From positions 330,001 to 362,000 of the forward strand of contig NZ_CP043316.1 of assembly GCF_008189405.1 (NCBI RefSeq): a DNA stretch of 32,000 nt. Direction: 5' to 3'. A program made the position numbers and the translations under genes. Below are positions 8,989-17,242 of this stretch, in pieces. A model generated the notes under the pieces. The model saw nothing but the letters and a program-made list of their open reading frames with translations, was not told the origin of the DNA and did not search any database. How positions within the stretch are numbered: the stretch's first letter is position 1; the number at the start of each line of letters is the position of its first letter. This DNA is from Candidatus Saccharimonadota bacterium (GTDB lineage Bacteria; Pseudomonadota; Alphaproteobacteria; CAJXXZ01; 1604HC).

Positions 8989-9100
8989 TTAAGTTTAGAA
9001 ATACAATTTTCTTACGTATACTTGTTTTAATGATTTTGATAAGTGTTGTGTAAATAAGATATTACTGTATTGTTGTTATATTAGAAGGAGAACGAACCCT

Positions 9101-10765
9101 ATGGACCAAATTAAGAAATCTTTAAAATATCATTCAAATTTTCCTAAAGGGAAATGGGGAATGCACGCCACTAAACCTTTAACTTTGCAAGATATGGCAT
9201 TAGCTTATTCTCCTGGAGTTGCTGATCCTTGCCTAGAAATTGAGCGTGATTTAGAAACTGCTAAAGAATATACAGCAAAACAAAATTTAGTTGCTGTTAT
9301 TAGCAATGGAACAGCGGTATTAGGATTGGGAAATATTGGAGCACTTGCATCAAAACCTGTGATGGAAGGGAAATGCATTCTGATGAATAAGATGTCAGGG
9401 GTTTTTGGTGTTGACATAGAAGTTGATGAGAAAGATTCAGATAAAATCATTGAGATTATTAGAAAAATTTCTCCTACATTTGGTGCAATTAACTTAGAAG
9501 ATATTAAAGCTCCTGAATGCTTTATAATTGAAGAAGCATTACAAGATTTAGATATTCCTGTATTTCATGATGATCAACATGGGACAGCAATTGTTGCTAC
9601 AGCTGGAATTGAAAATGCATTAAAGCTATCAGGAAAGTCATGGGGCTCTGTTAAGGTTGTGGCAAATGGTGCTGGTGCTGCTGGTATTGCATGCTTAGAT
9701 TCTATGGTTAATATGGGTTTAAATCCTAACAATATTATGCTTTTTGATTCAAAAGGATTGATTAATGATACACGTTCTGACCTAAACAAATATAAGCAGA
9801 AATATGCTATAAATAAAAAATCATGCACATTAGAAGAAGCATTAAATGGTGCTGATATATTTCTGGGAATGTCCGCAGCAAAAGCATTAAAACCAGAGTG
9901 GATAGTAAATATGGCAAAAGATCCTGTAATTTTTGGACTAGCAAACCCAGAACCAGAAATAATGCCAGAATTAGCAAAAGAAGTTAGACCAGATTGCATA
10001 ATGGCTACAGGAAGATCTGACTATCCAAACCAGGTCAACAATATTTTATGCTTCCCATATATTTTTAGAGGAGCATTGGACTCTCAAGCAAAAAGCATTA
10101 ATAATGAGATGAAAAAAGCATGTATCAAAGCAATTGCTGAAATTGCAAGAAATGATAAAAGCTTTGGTACTAGTCATATAATTCCTAATTCATTAGATGA
10201 AAGATTAGGCTTGATTGTATCAAACGCTGTCGCTCAAGCAGCAATTGAAAGTGGTGCTGGTAAATCAGTGCCTAATTTATATGGAAGATATATAGAGAAA
10301 ATGCTTAATATAAATTCAGAGCGATATTTTAATATATATAATGGATCTAATCCTATAAATATTGATAACATTCAAACGGATATTCAATCATTTTTAAATG
10401 CATGGGAAACTCCAATCAAATCAGATTCAAATTCACAATATGTTATCAAACCTATGGAAAAATCTTGTAATGGTGAAAAATTGGTTTGGATTTTTGGCCT
10501 AGAATCATCTAATCCTTGGATAGCATATAGCACTAGTGAAAATTCTATAATTAAGGATATTAGATCAATATTAAGCTTGTCTAACATGCCACATATTCCA
10601 GTAGTAGATATAAAACAATGTAGAGATTTAGAAAAAAGAAATGATTTTTGTGGTAGAATTTCATTAAATGAGGGGTTAAAAATGGAATTCAAACCAGGAT
10701 TAAGAAATATAGCCTACCTTACATTGCTTTTAAGTGGTATTGCAAATGTCAAAATTACCTATTGA
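9101..10765 (+). CDS. maeB: NAD(P)-dependent malic enzyme, MaeB-type N-terminal module with a short unrecognisable C-terminal tail
   Basis: 554 aa. Residues 1 to about 410 carry MaeB-type motifs (YSPGVA, VISNGTAVLGLGNIG, FHDDQHGTAIV, GAGAAG, NPEPEI, NQVNNILCFPYIFRGALD). The SD AAGGAG lies at 9085..9090. The last 145 aa or so show no PTA-like motifs. Confidence 0.88.
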   Translation: MDQIKKSLKYHSNFPKGKWGMHATKPLTLQDMALAYSPGVADPCLEIERDLETAKEYTAKQNLVAVISNGTAVLGLGNIGALASKPVMEGKCILMNKMSGVFGVDIEVDEKDSDKIIEIIRKISPTFGAINLEDIKAPECFIIEEALQDLDIPVFHDDQHGTAIVATAGIENALKLSGKSWGSVKVVANGAGAAGIACLDSMVNMGLNPNNIMLFDSKGLINDTRSDLNKYKQKYAINKKSCTLEEALNGADIFLGMSAAKALKPEWIVNMAKDPVIFGLANPEPEIMPELAKEVRPDCIMATGRSDYPNQVNNILCFPYIFRGALDSQAKSINNEMKKACIKAIAEIARNDKSFGTSHIIPNSLDERLGLIVSNAVAQAAIESGAGKSVPNLYGRYIEKMLNINSERYFNIYNGSNPINIDNIQTDIQSFLNAWETPIKSDSNSQYVIKPMEKSCNGEKLVWIFGLESSNPWIAYSTSENSIIKDIRSILSLSNMPHIPVVDIKQCRDLEKRNDFCGRISLNEGLKMEFKPGLRNIAYLTLLLSGIANVKITY

Positions 10766-12110
10766 GATTCATAGATATGAAACTGCACAACGCCGAATAG
10801 CGTTTATTATATCTAGCTTAAATAGCAATTCAGTAATTACTACTAGAAATATTTTCAAGCATATACATGCTTCTGAAGCTGCTATAGTATTGCATTTTTT
10901 ATCTCCATCTCAGAGAGAAAAGTTAATCAATATTTTAGGTTCAGATTTTGATCCTTATATATTAGCATTTTTAGATGATGAGGTTCGTGAAGAAATTGTA
11001 GATAGTTGGGCTAATGATCAGTTAGGTAAGGCATTAAGTTCATTAAATGAACATGACGCTTTAGAGATTCTATCTGAATTGCATCCAGAACAAAGAAAAG
11101 CAATTTTAAAGTCAATTAGTCCTGAAATCAGAATTTTTCTTGAAGAAGGATTAAGCTATCCAGAAAAAAGTGCTGGACGTTTAATGTGTTATCAAGTTGT
11201 CGCACTGCCTCAGTATTGGACTATGGAAAAGGCAAAATCATTTTTAGCCAAAGCAAAGCACCTTCCAGAAGAGTTTTATTCTATTTTTATTGTGGATAAT
11301 TTTAATAAGCCAGTAGGATTTATAAAATTACAGGATGTTTACAGATATGCTAAATCAACTGTTTTATCTAGCTGTATGGAGGATGTTTTATTTGAAGCAT
11401 CTACAGATACAGATCAAGAAGAATTGGCTTTATTATTCAAGCAATATTCTGCAATTAATGCCCCTATTGTAAATAAGAATGGACGAATCGTTGGTGTGAT
11501 CAATGCAAACTTAATTGTAAATATTATCTTTAAAGAAAGTGCAGAAGATCTTCTGCATATGGCTGGTGTGGAAGACACTGGATTCCATGCAAATATCATA
11601 GAAACTGCAAGAGCAAGATTTAAGTGGCTATTTGTATCTAGTTGTACAGCAATGTTATCATCTAGTGTTATTGGTATGTTCCAAGGCGTAATATCTACTC
11701 ATCATCAACTTAGTATTGTTTTGCCAATGACTGCTGCGATGGGTGGTAATTCTGGTATGCAGGTTGTTGCTGTGATTATCAGAGCATTATCCAACCGACA
11801 GATTAGCACGATTAATGTATGGCGTGTTTTACGAAAAGAAGTATTAGTAGGGTTACATAATGGGTTTATATTTGCAATTCTATTTGGATTGATCTCATAT
11901 TTTTTCATATCCAAACAAATTGCGTTCGTACTAAGTATAGCGATCATGCTTAACATAGTATGGTCCAGTTTAATAGGAATGGTTTTGCCAATGATGTTAG
12001 ATAAAATGGGTTTAGATCCGGCATTAAGCACAGCATCATTTTTAACTGCTATGACTGACATGATGGGATATACTGCATTACTCCTTACAGCTTCATATTT
12101 CTTACTATGA
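10746..12110 (+). CDS. mgtE: magnesium transporter MgtE
   Basis: ORF 10734..12110. It has the MgtE N-domain, a CBS pair region and a C-terminal 5-TM domain with AAMGGNSGMQ and TDMMGY motifs. I prefer the ATG at 10746 (MSKLP...). Either start overlaps the maeB stop at 10763..10765. Confidence 0.9.
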   Translation: MSKLPIEIHRYETAQRRIAFIISSLNSNSVITTRNIFKHIHASEAAIVLHFLSPSQREKLINILGSDFDPYILAFLDDEVREEIVDSWANDQLGKALSSLNEHDALEILSELHPEQRKAILKSISPEIRIFLEEGLSYPEKSAGRLMCYQVVALPQYWTMEKAKSFLAKAKHLPEEFYSIFIVDNFNKPVGFIKLQDVYRYAKSTVLSSCMEDVLFEASTDTDQEELALLFKQYSAINAPIVNKNGRIVGVINANLIVNIIFKESAEDLLHMAGVEDTGFHANIIETARARFKWLFVSSCTAMLSSSVIGMFQGVISTHHQLSIVLPMTAAMGGNSGMQVVAVIIRALSNRQISTINVWRVLRKEVLVGLHNGFIFAILFGLISYFFISKQIAFVLSIAIMLNIVWSSLIGMVLPMMLDKMGLDPALSTASFLTAMTDMMGYTALLLTASYFLL

Positions 12111-12553
12111 TTTATATATTAAATTACATGCAACCTCTTCCAAAAGAGCTAAATATGATTAACATAAACTATATTATTAAATATTTTAATGGTAATGGGC
12201 TTGATGCTTATAGATTGTCCTATAATTAAGGTTCATTATTTTCCTTATATAGCAGCAAAAAAAATCTATTAAATAATACAATCAAGAGAAGAAATAATAA
12301 TACACTACGATTAGCATAACAGGTGAAATTGAAAAATGAATATAAAATATATGATTAGTAGCTTCTTCAGATTGCATATTCACATAATTTTGATTAACAA
12401 TTTAGTGCAAAGTTCAGCAATTATTAATTTGAAAGCACCGATCATTTGAATATTATAAAATACACACAACTTCATCATTACATTATTTTATTCGACAATA
12501 TCGCTTCCGTTTGTCAACAATTATCCTAAGATTTGAATATGTTTATGTTATAA

Positions 12554-12873
12554 ATGCCAGAAGCTTTTTATCTATATTCTATTAAGTTTCTTGAGAAACA
12601 TCCTCCTCCTCTTCAGTATCCACTTCATTCATAGCTACAGCTTTAAACACATTTTATTATATAAAATATGCCAGAAGCTTTTATCTATATTCTATTCAGT
12701 TTTTTGGGAAACATCCTCCTCCTCTTCAGTATCCACTTCATTCATAGCTACAGCTTTAAACACATTTTATTATATAAAATATGCCAGAAGCTTTTATCTA
12801 TATTCTATTAAGTTTCTTGAGAAACATCCTCCTCCTCTTCAGTATCCACTTCATTCATAGCTACAGCTTTAAA
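12554..12873. repeat. tandem repeat, 2 full units and one 93-nt partial unit, period 114/113 bp; every unit contains the last 66 nt of gyrA
   Basis: Units begin with ATGCCAGAAGC at 12554, 12668 and 12781. Unit 3 overlaps the real gyrA 3' end (12808..12873). Unit 1 differs from it by one extra T. Unit 2 differs by 3 substitutions around the ghost stop codon. Confidence 0.95.
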
Positions 12874-15354
12874 TAACTTATCATCATCTAATCTAGCTAA
12901 GCGTACCCCTTGTGTTTTTCTACCAGCTACACGTATATCATCAGAATTACATCTAATGATCTGGCCATTTTCAGTCATCATTAAAATTTCACTATCATTA
13001 TCAATTCTATATGCACCCATCACTTTTCCTGTTTTTTTAGTGACATCTAATGCAGAAACACCTTTTGCTCCACGTTTGGATCTTCTATAGTTACTTTCAG
13101 TGCTACGTTTACCATATCCATTTTCACTAATTGTCAAAATCATAGAATTGTCTTTTTCATTAATAAGTGTTGCTGATACAATTGTATTATCTTCTATACC
13201 ACTTAAATTCATACCAATCACACCATGTGAAGATCTACTATTAAATACTCTTACATCTTTAATAGAAAACCTTACAACTTTACCTTGTGATGAAGTTAAT
13301 AGAATATCATCTTCTTCACTACAAATCATAGCAGAAATCAATTTTTCATCACTTTCCAACTTCATGGCAATTTTTCCATTTGACCTAATGCCTTGGAAAT
13401 CTTTAATTGTGTTTCTTCGTACATATCCTTTAGAAGTAATAAAAATAATTGTTTGTTTATCATCAATTTGTAACGGCAATGCAAGTGAGCTCATAATACG
13501 CTCATTAGTATCAATAGGAAATAGGTTCACAAGCGCCCTTCCTTTACTCTGACCAGCATTTACTACAGGTAGTTTATAAACTTTCATTGAATATGAATAT
13601 CCAAAACTACTAAAGAAAATAACTTCTTGATGAGTGTTTGCTACAAACATATGTTCTACAGGATCATCAGAATCCATACCAACTTTTCCTTTTCCTCCAC
13701 GTTTTTGCAGCTTATATGATGATAATGGCATGCTTTTTACATACCCTTTAGTACTCAATGTAATAACCATTTCTTCAGATTTAATATAAGATTCATCAGT
13801 TGTTTCTTCCAAATTAATTTCTAATTCAGTTCTTCTTGGAGTACCAAACAATCTATTTATTTCTTCTAAATCCTCTTTGATAATTTTAAATCTTTCACTC
13901 TCATTATTTAGTATATGCAAATATTTTGTAATATTTTCACCAAGCAGTTGCAATTGATTCCACAGTTTATCTCTTTCTAATCCTGTCAATCTGCTTAATC
14001 TTAAATTCAATATTGCTTTGGCTTGCTCTTCTGAAAAGAAATATTTATCTACAGGTTCACAATTCTCACTAATACAATTTAAATAACCCTTAATATCATC
14101 CCAAGACCATTCCATTTTTTGTAAACGCAACTGTGCTTCTTGAGAATCTTGAGATGTTTTTATACAATAAACAACTTCATCCAACTTCTTCACAGCTAAA
14201 GATAATCCCCATATTACATGTGCTTTAACTCTATCTTGATTTAAAAAGAATTTTGTTTTTCTAATTAAGACCTGCTCTCTATAATCAAGAAAAATGTTAA
14301 GAGAGCTCTTCAAGCTTATTTGCTTTGGCTTATGATTATGCAAAGCAAGCATGTTTACATGCATTGCAATTTGCATTTGAGTAAATTTATATACCCTATT
14401 CATAATTAATTCTGGTTCTGCATCTTTTTTTAATTCCAAAACAACACGCATACCATCTTTATTAGATTCATCACGAAATGTGTGAATAGGTCCAAGAATC
14501 TCTGTTTGCATTAAATCTGCAATCTTATCCATCAAATTCTCTTTATTTACCTGGTATGGAATTGAAGTAATAACCAATGCATTTCTATTGTTTACTTGCT
14601 CATGATGCATTTTACCTCTTACAGTAAAGCTTCCTCTGCCTTTTGTATAAACATCAATCAAACCACTATTTTTGAAAATTATTCCACCTAATGGAAAGTC
14701 TGGAGCTGGCAAGTATTGCATTAAATCTATTGAGTTTAACGTTCTATCATCAATCAATGCACATGTAGCATTAATCACTTCAGACAAATTATGTGTTGGG
14801 ATAAATGTAGCCATACCAACAGCAATTCCACTAGCACCATTTACAAGTAAATTTGGGAATCGTGCAGGCAATACTTCAGGAATTTCTAATGTATTATCAT
14901 AGTTAGGATGCATATCAACTGTGTTTTTATCATAATCTTCCAAAAGATATTTTGCTATTTTTGATAAACGGGCCTCAGTATAACGCATAGAAGCAGGCTT
15001 ATCTCCATCAATAGAACCAAAGTTACCTTGCCCATCAATTAATGGTGAATAAATAGAAAAATCTTGAGCCATTCTAGTCATTGCATCATAAATTGCAGCT
15101 TCACCATGAGGGTGATATTTACCAAGAACATCACCAACGATACGAGCAGATTTTCTATGGGGATTTTCTGGCACACAATTTGTTTCAATCATTGAATATA
15201 AGATTCGCCTTTGAACTGGCTTTAATCCATCATACGCATCTGGAACTGCCCTACTAGCAATCACACTCATAGCATAATCTAAATAAGAAGATTGTAATTC
15301 ATCTTCAAAAACTTTTTGTGTGGGTTTGTCTATATTATCAACGTTCATATACAT
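12808..15354 (-). CDS. gyrA: DNA gyrase subunit A
   Basis: 848 aa. It has AMSVIASRAVPDAYDGLKPVQRRILY and the active-site Tyr context ASMRYTEARL. The GyrA box QKRGGKG in the C-terminal beta-pinwheel distinguishes it from ParC. The tail is acidic (DTEEEEDVSQET). Confidence 0.97.
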   Translation of the reverse strand: MYMNVDNIDKPTQKVFEDELQSSYLDYAMSVIASRAVPDAYDGLKPVQRRILYSMIETNCVPENPHRKSARIVGDVLGKYHPHGEAAIYDAMTRMAQDFSIYSPLIDGQGNFGSIDGDKPASMRYTEARLSKIAKYLLEDYDKNTVDMHPNYDNTLEIPEVLPARFPNLLVNGASGIAVGMATFIPTHNLSEVINATCALIDDRTLNSIDLMQYLPAPDFPLGGIIFKNSGLIDVYTKGRGSFTVRGKMHHEQVNNRNALVITSIPYQVNKENLMDKIADLMQTEILGPIHTFRDESNKDGMRVVLELKKDAEPELIMNRVYKFTQMQIAMHVNMLALHNHKPKQISLKSSLNIFLDYREQVLIRKTKFFLNQDRVKAHVIWGLSLAVKKLDEVVYCIKTSQDSQEAQLRLQKMEWSWDDIKGYLNCISENCEPVDKYFFSEEQAKAILNLRLSRLTGLERDKLWNQLQLLGENITKYLHILNNESERFKIIKEDLEEINRLFGTPRRTELEINLEETTDESYIKSEEMVITLSTKGYVKSMPLSSYKLQKRGGKGKVGMDSDDPVEHMFVANTHQEVIFFSSFGYSYSMKVYKLPVVNAGQSKGRALVNLFPIDTNERIMSSLALPLQIDDKQTIIFITSKGYVRRNTIKDFQGIRSNGKIAMKLESDEKLISAMICSEEDDILLTSSQGKVVRFSIKDVRVFNSRSSHGVIGMNLSGIEDNTIVSATLINEKDNSMILTISENGYGKRSTESNYRRSKRGAKGVSALDVTKKTGKVMGAYRIDNDSEILMMTENGQIIRCNSDDIRVAGRKTQGVRLARLDDDKLFKAVAMNEVDTEEEEDVSQET

Positions 15355-15732
15355 AGAATTATATGCGCATTATTAAGTGGTGTCTATGTCTTAAGTATGA
15401 TTAATTCAACCAAAAACTCTATTAATTTATATTAGTTATAAAATAAATTCTTATTCTATTATGCATACAAACTCAATATGGTTTGTTGTTGAGCTAATAG
15501 TAAAATTCTGATTTTATTATACATATAATTTATTATGCATATAAATTAATCAACAATTTGTCATCAAGCTATAATACAAATCTGAGCACATAATGAGCAA
15601 GATGATTCTTGATTTCTATGACTTGTCTTAGGATATAAAATTGCATTCATATTTTCCATCATTTGATGCATTTCTTTCATGTTTGCTTCTTTTCTTTTTT
15701 TACTTTCTGCTAAAAATTCTACTACATTGCTA

Positions 15733-16392
15733 TTATTGCTGCAGATTAGATGTAAATTCACGCATTTTGCTACGTATTTTTTGTGATAATTTTCTTTGGT
15801 TATTGCTATATGGTATATTATGCAACAATACATTATCTTGCATTATAAATTTATAACCTAATATTTCCTCTGATAATAAATGTGATGCATGAATTGTATA
15901 ATCAAAATATCCTCCATTAAATTGAAGTTCACAACCTTCAATCAAGCAAACATTGCCTTCTCTAAATAACCAAAATATATCATTATGAAAAGCCCATGGC
16001 CTATGGCGATTATTTAGCAGCATATACTCACTACGCATTAATATAATTGCATTTTCTGCATCTTTATGTAGATTTTTTGCTTGATCATAAGTAATTAAGG
16101 TTGTATTAGATTCATTAAACTCACCCCTTGGTAGAAAATCTCTTTTTCTAACATTTTTCGGCTCAATAAAATTTGTTAAATTTTTACCATCTAATATTGA
16201 ATTACAATTTATAGCTAAACCTAAATAAATAATTTTTCCATCTTCTTCTTGAAATATTTTTTCATATTTACCTTGGTCAACTAGCTTTTCTGCAATTTTC
16301 ACATTAAAAGTAAAAGCGTGTACATCTGTATTATATATGAACATTGAATGCACTTTGGAAACTATTAAAGCGCATAATATAAATCTTCTCAT
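15733..16392 (-). CDS. hypothetical exported protein
   Basis: 219-aa ORF with a hydrophobic N-terminus (MRRFILCALIVSKVHS). I recognise no motif. The ORF length is the main support for coding. Confidence 0.5.
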   Translation of the reverse strand: MRRFILCALIVSKVHSMFIYNTDVHAFTFNVKIAEKLVDQGKYEKIFQEEDGKIIYLGLAINCNSILDGKNLTNFIEPKNVRKRDFLPRGEFNESNTTLITYDQAKNLHKDAENAIILMRSEYMLLNNRHRPWAFHNDIFWLFREGNVCLIEGCELQFNGGYFDYTIHASHLLSEEILGYKFIMQDNVLLHNIPYSNNQRKLSQKIRSKMREFTSNLQQ

Positions 16393-16501
16393 GTATTATT
16401 TATACACAAAATATCAATAGTTTATAACATCTATAGCATGTAAAATTTGAAAAATATAACTGTTTAGAATATTATAAACAATATTTACAATATGATATTA
16501 A

Positions 16502-16975
16502 TTAAAATGGAATATCAATATCAGATTCTTGTTTATCAAATGGCATATTATTGTTTGATTCAGAAGGCTCTGAAGATTGAGCATTAAATGAAGAACCATA
16601 TTCAGAATTACCGTCATCATATTGCTCAGAACTATCATTTCTTGATCCAAACATTTTCAAATCTACCATTTCTACTTCAACTGTAGTTCTTTTTTGTCCC
16701 ATATCGTCAACCCAAGATGTTGGTCTTAGTCGCCCTCTAATATATACAAGACTACCTTTTTTAAGATATTTAGATGCAATATCAACTAATTGTGGGTTAA
16801 AAACCGCAATTCTATGCCAATCAGTTCTAGAAAATTTCTTTCCTGATTCCTTGTTCATCCACTCTTCAGATGTTGCAACAGAAAATTTTGCTATCTTGCT
16901 ACTCTTACCTTCTTTGATTTCAGGATCATTTCCTAAGTTTCCAATGATCATAACCATATTTACAGACTTTACCAT
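16502..16975 (-). CDS. ssb: single-stranded DNA-binding protein
   Basis: 157 aa. It has an OB-fold N-terminus (NMVMIIGNLGNDPE..., TDWHRIAVF), a low-complexity acidic/Ser linker and the canonical C-terminal tip DIDIPF. Confidence 0.95.
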   Translation of the reverse strand: MVKSVNMVMIIGNLGNDPEIKEGKSSKIAKFSVATSEEWMNKESGKKFSRTDWHRIAVFNPQLVDIASKYLKKGSLVYIRGRLRPTSWVDDMGQKRTTVEVEMVDLKMFGSRNDSSEQYDDGNSEYGSSFNAQSSEPSESNNNMPFDKQESDIDIPF

Positions 16976-17221
16976 GCCCGGATTCTAACACATGAAAAAA
17001 TACAATACAATTAATAATATAATTTCATTTAATATTTATTATTAGTACAGAAATCACGTGTAAAAACTATAGAAAATTTAAATCTTTATAAATTAATAGA
17101 TTAAATATCTTATGATGCAAATATCACTTCAAAAACTATAAATCAAACTATCATAAATTAAATTATAGTATGTAAATTTATATAATCTATATAATAAATC
17201 AATAATGAACCACATGATTAA

Positions 17222-17229
17222 GGGGGGGG
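17222..17229. repeat. G8 homopolymer (C8 on the minus strand)
   Basis: The sequence is AGGGGGGGGA. It lies 14 nt past the terminase stop codon and about 250 nt upstream of the ssb start. It is the longest G/C run I saw in the window. Confidence 0.9.
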
Positions 17230-17242
17230 AAGAATATACTAT

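Noticed and set aside
12591-12860. 89-aa + strand ORF in the track
   Set aside because: It reads antisense straight through the three gyrA-end repeat units, and its own sequence is internally repetitive for that reason. It overlaps the real gyrA 3' end. It is an artefact of the repeat, not a gene.
12554-12873. Possible CRISPR array, given regularly spaced repeats in a non-coding region
   Set aside because: The units are directly abutting 113/114-bp copies with no unique spacers. The repeat is a copy of the gyrA end. No cas genes are present.
13100-14902. + strand ORFs 13100..13552 and 14672..14902
   Set aside because: They are antisense to the well-supported gyrA CDS and have no motifs.
15564-15856. 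ORFs 15564..15833 (-) and 15641..15856 (+) as independent genes
   Set aside because: They are short, overlap each other and the 219-aa ORF, have no SD or motifs, and are Cys/Ile-rich AT-driven translations. They are only noted as a possible frameshift remnant in a finding.
17053-17145. Imperfect direct repeat of about 23 nt (ATCACGTGTAAAAACTATAGAAA / ATCACTTCAAAAACTATAAATCA) 70 bp apart upstream of ssb
   Set aside because: It has several mismatches in A-rich sequence. I cannot distinguish it from chance similarity at this base composition without a statistical self-alignment.
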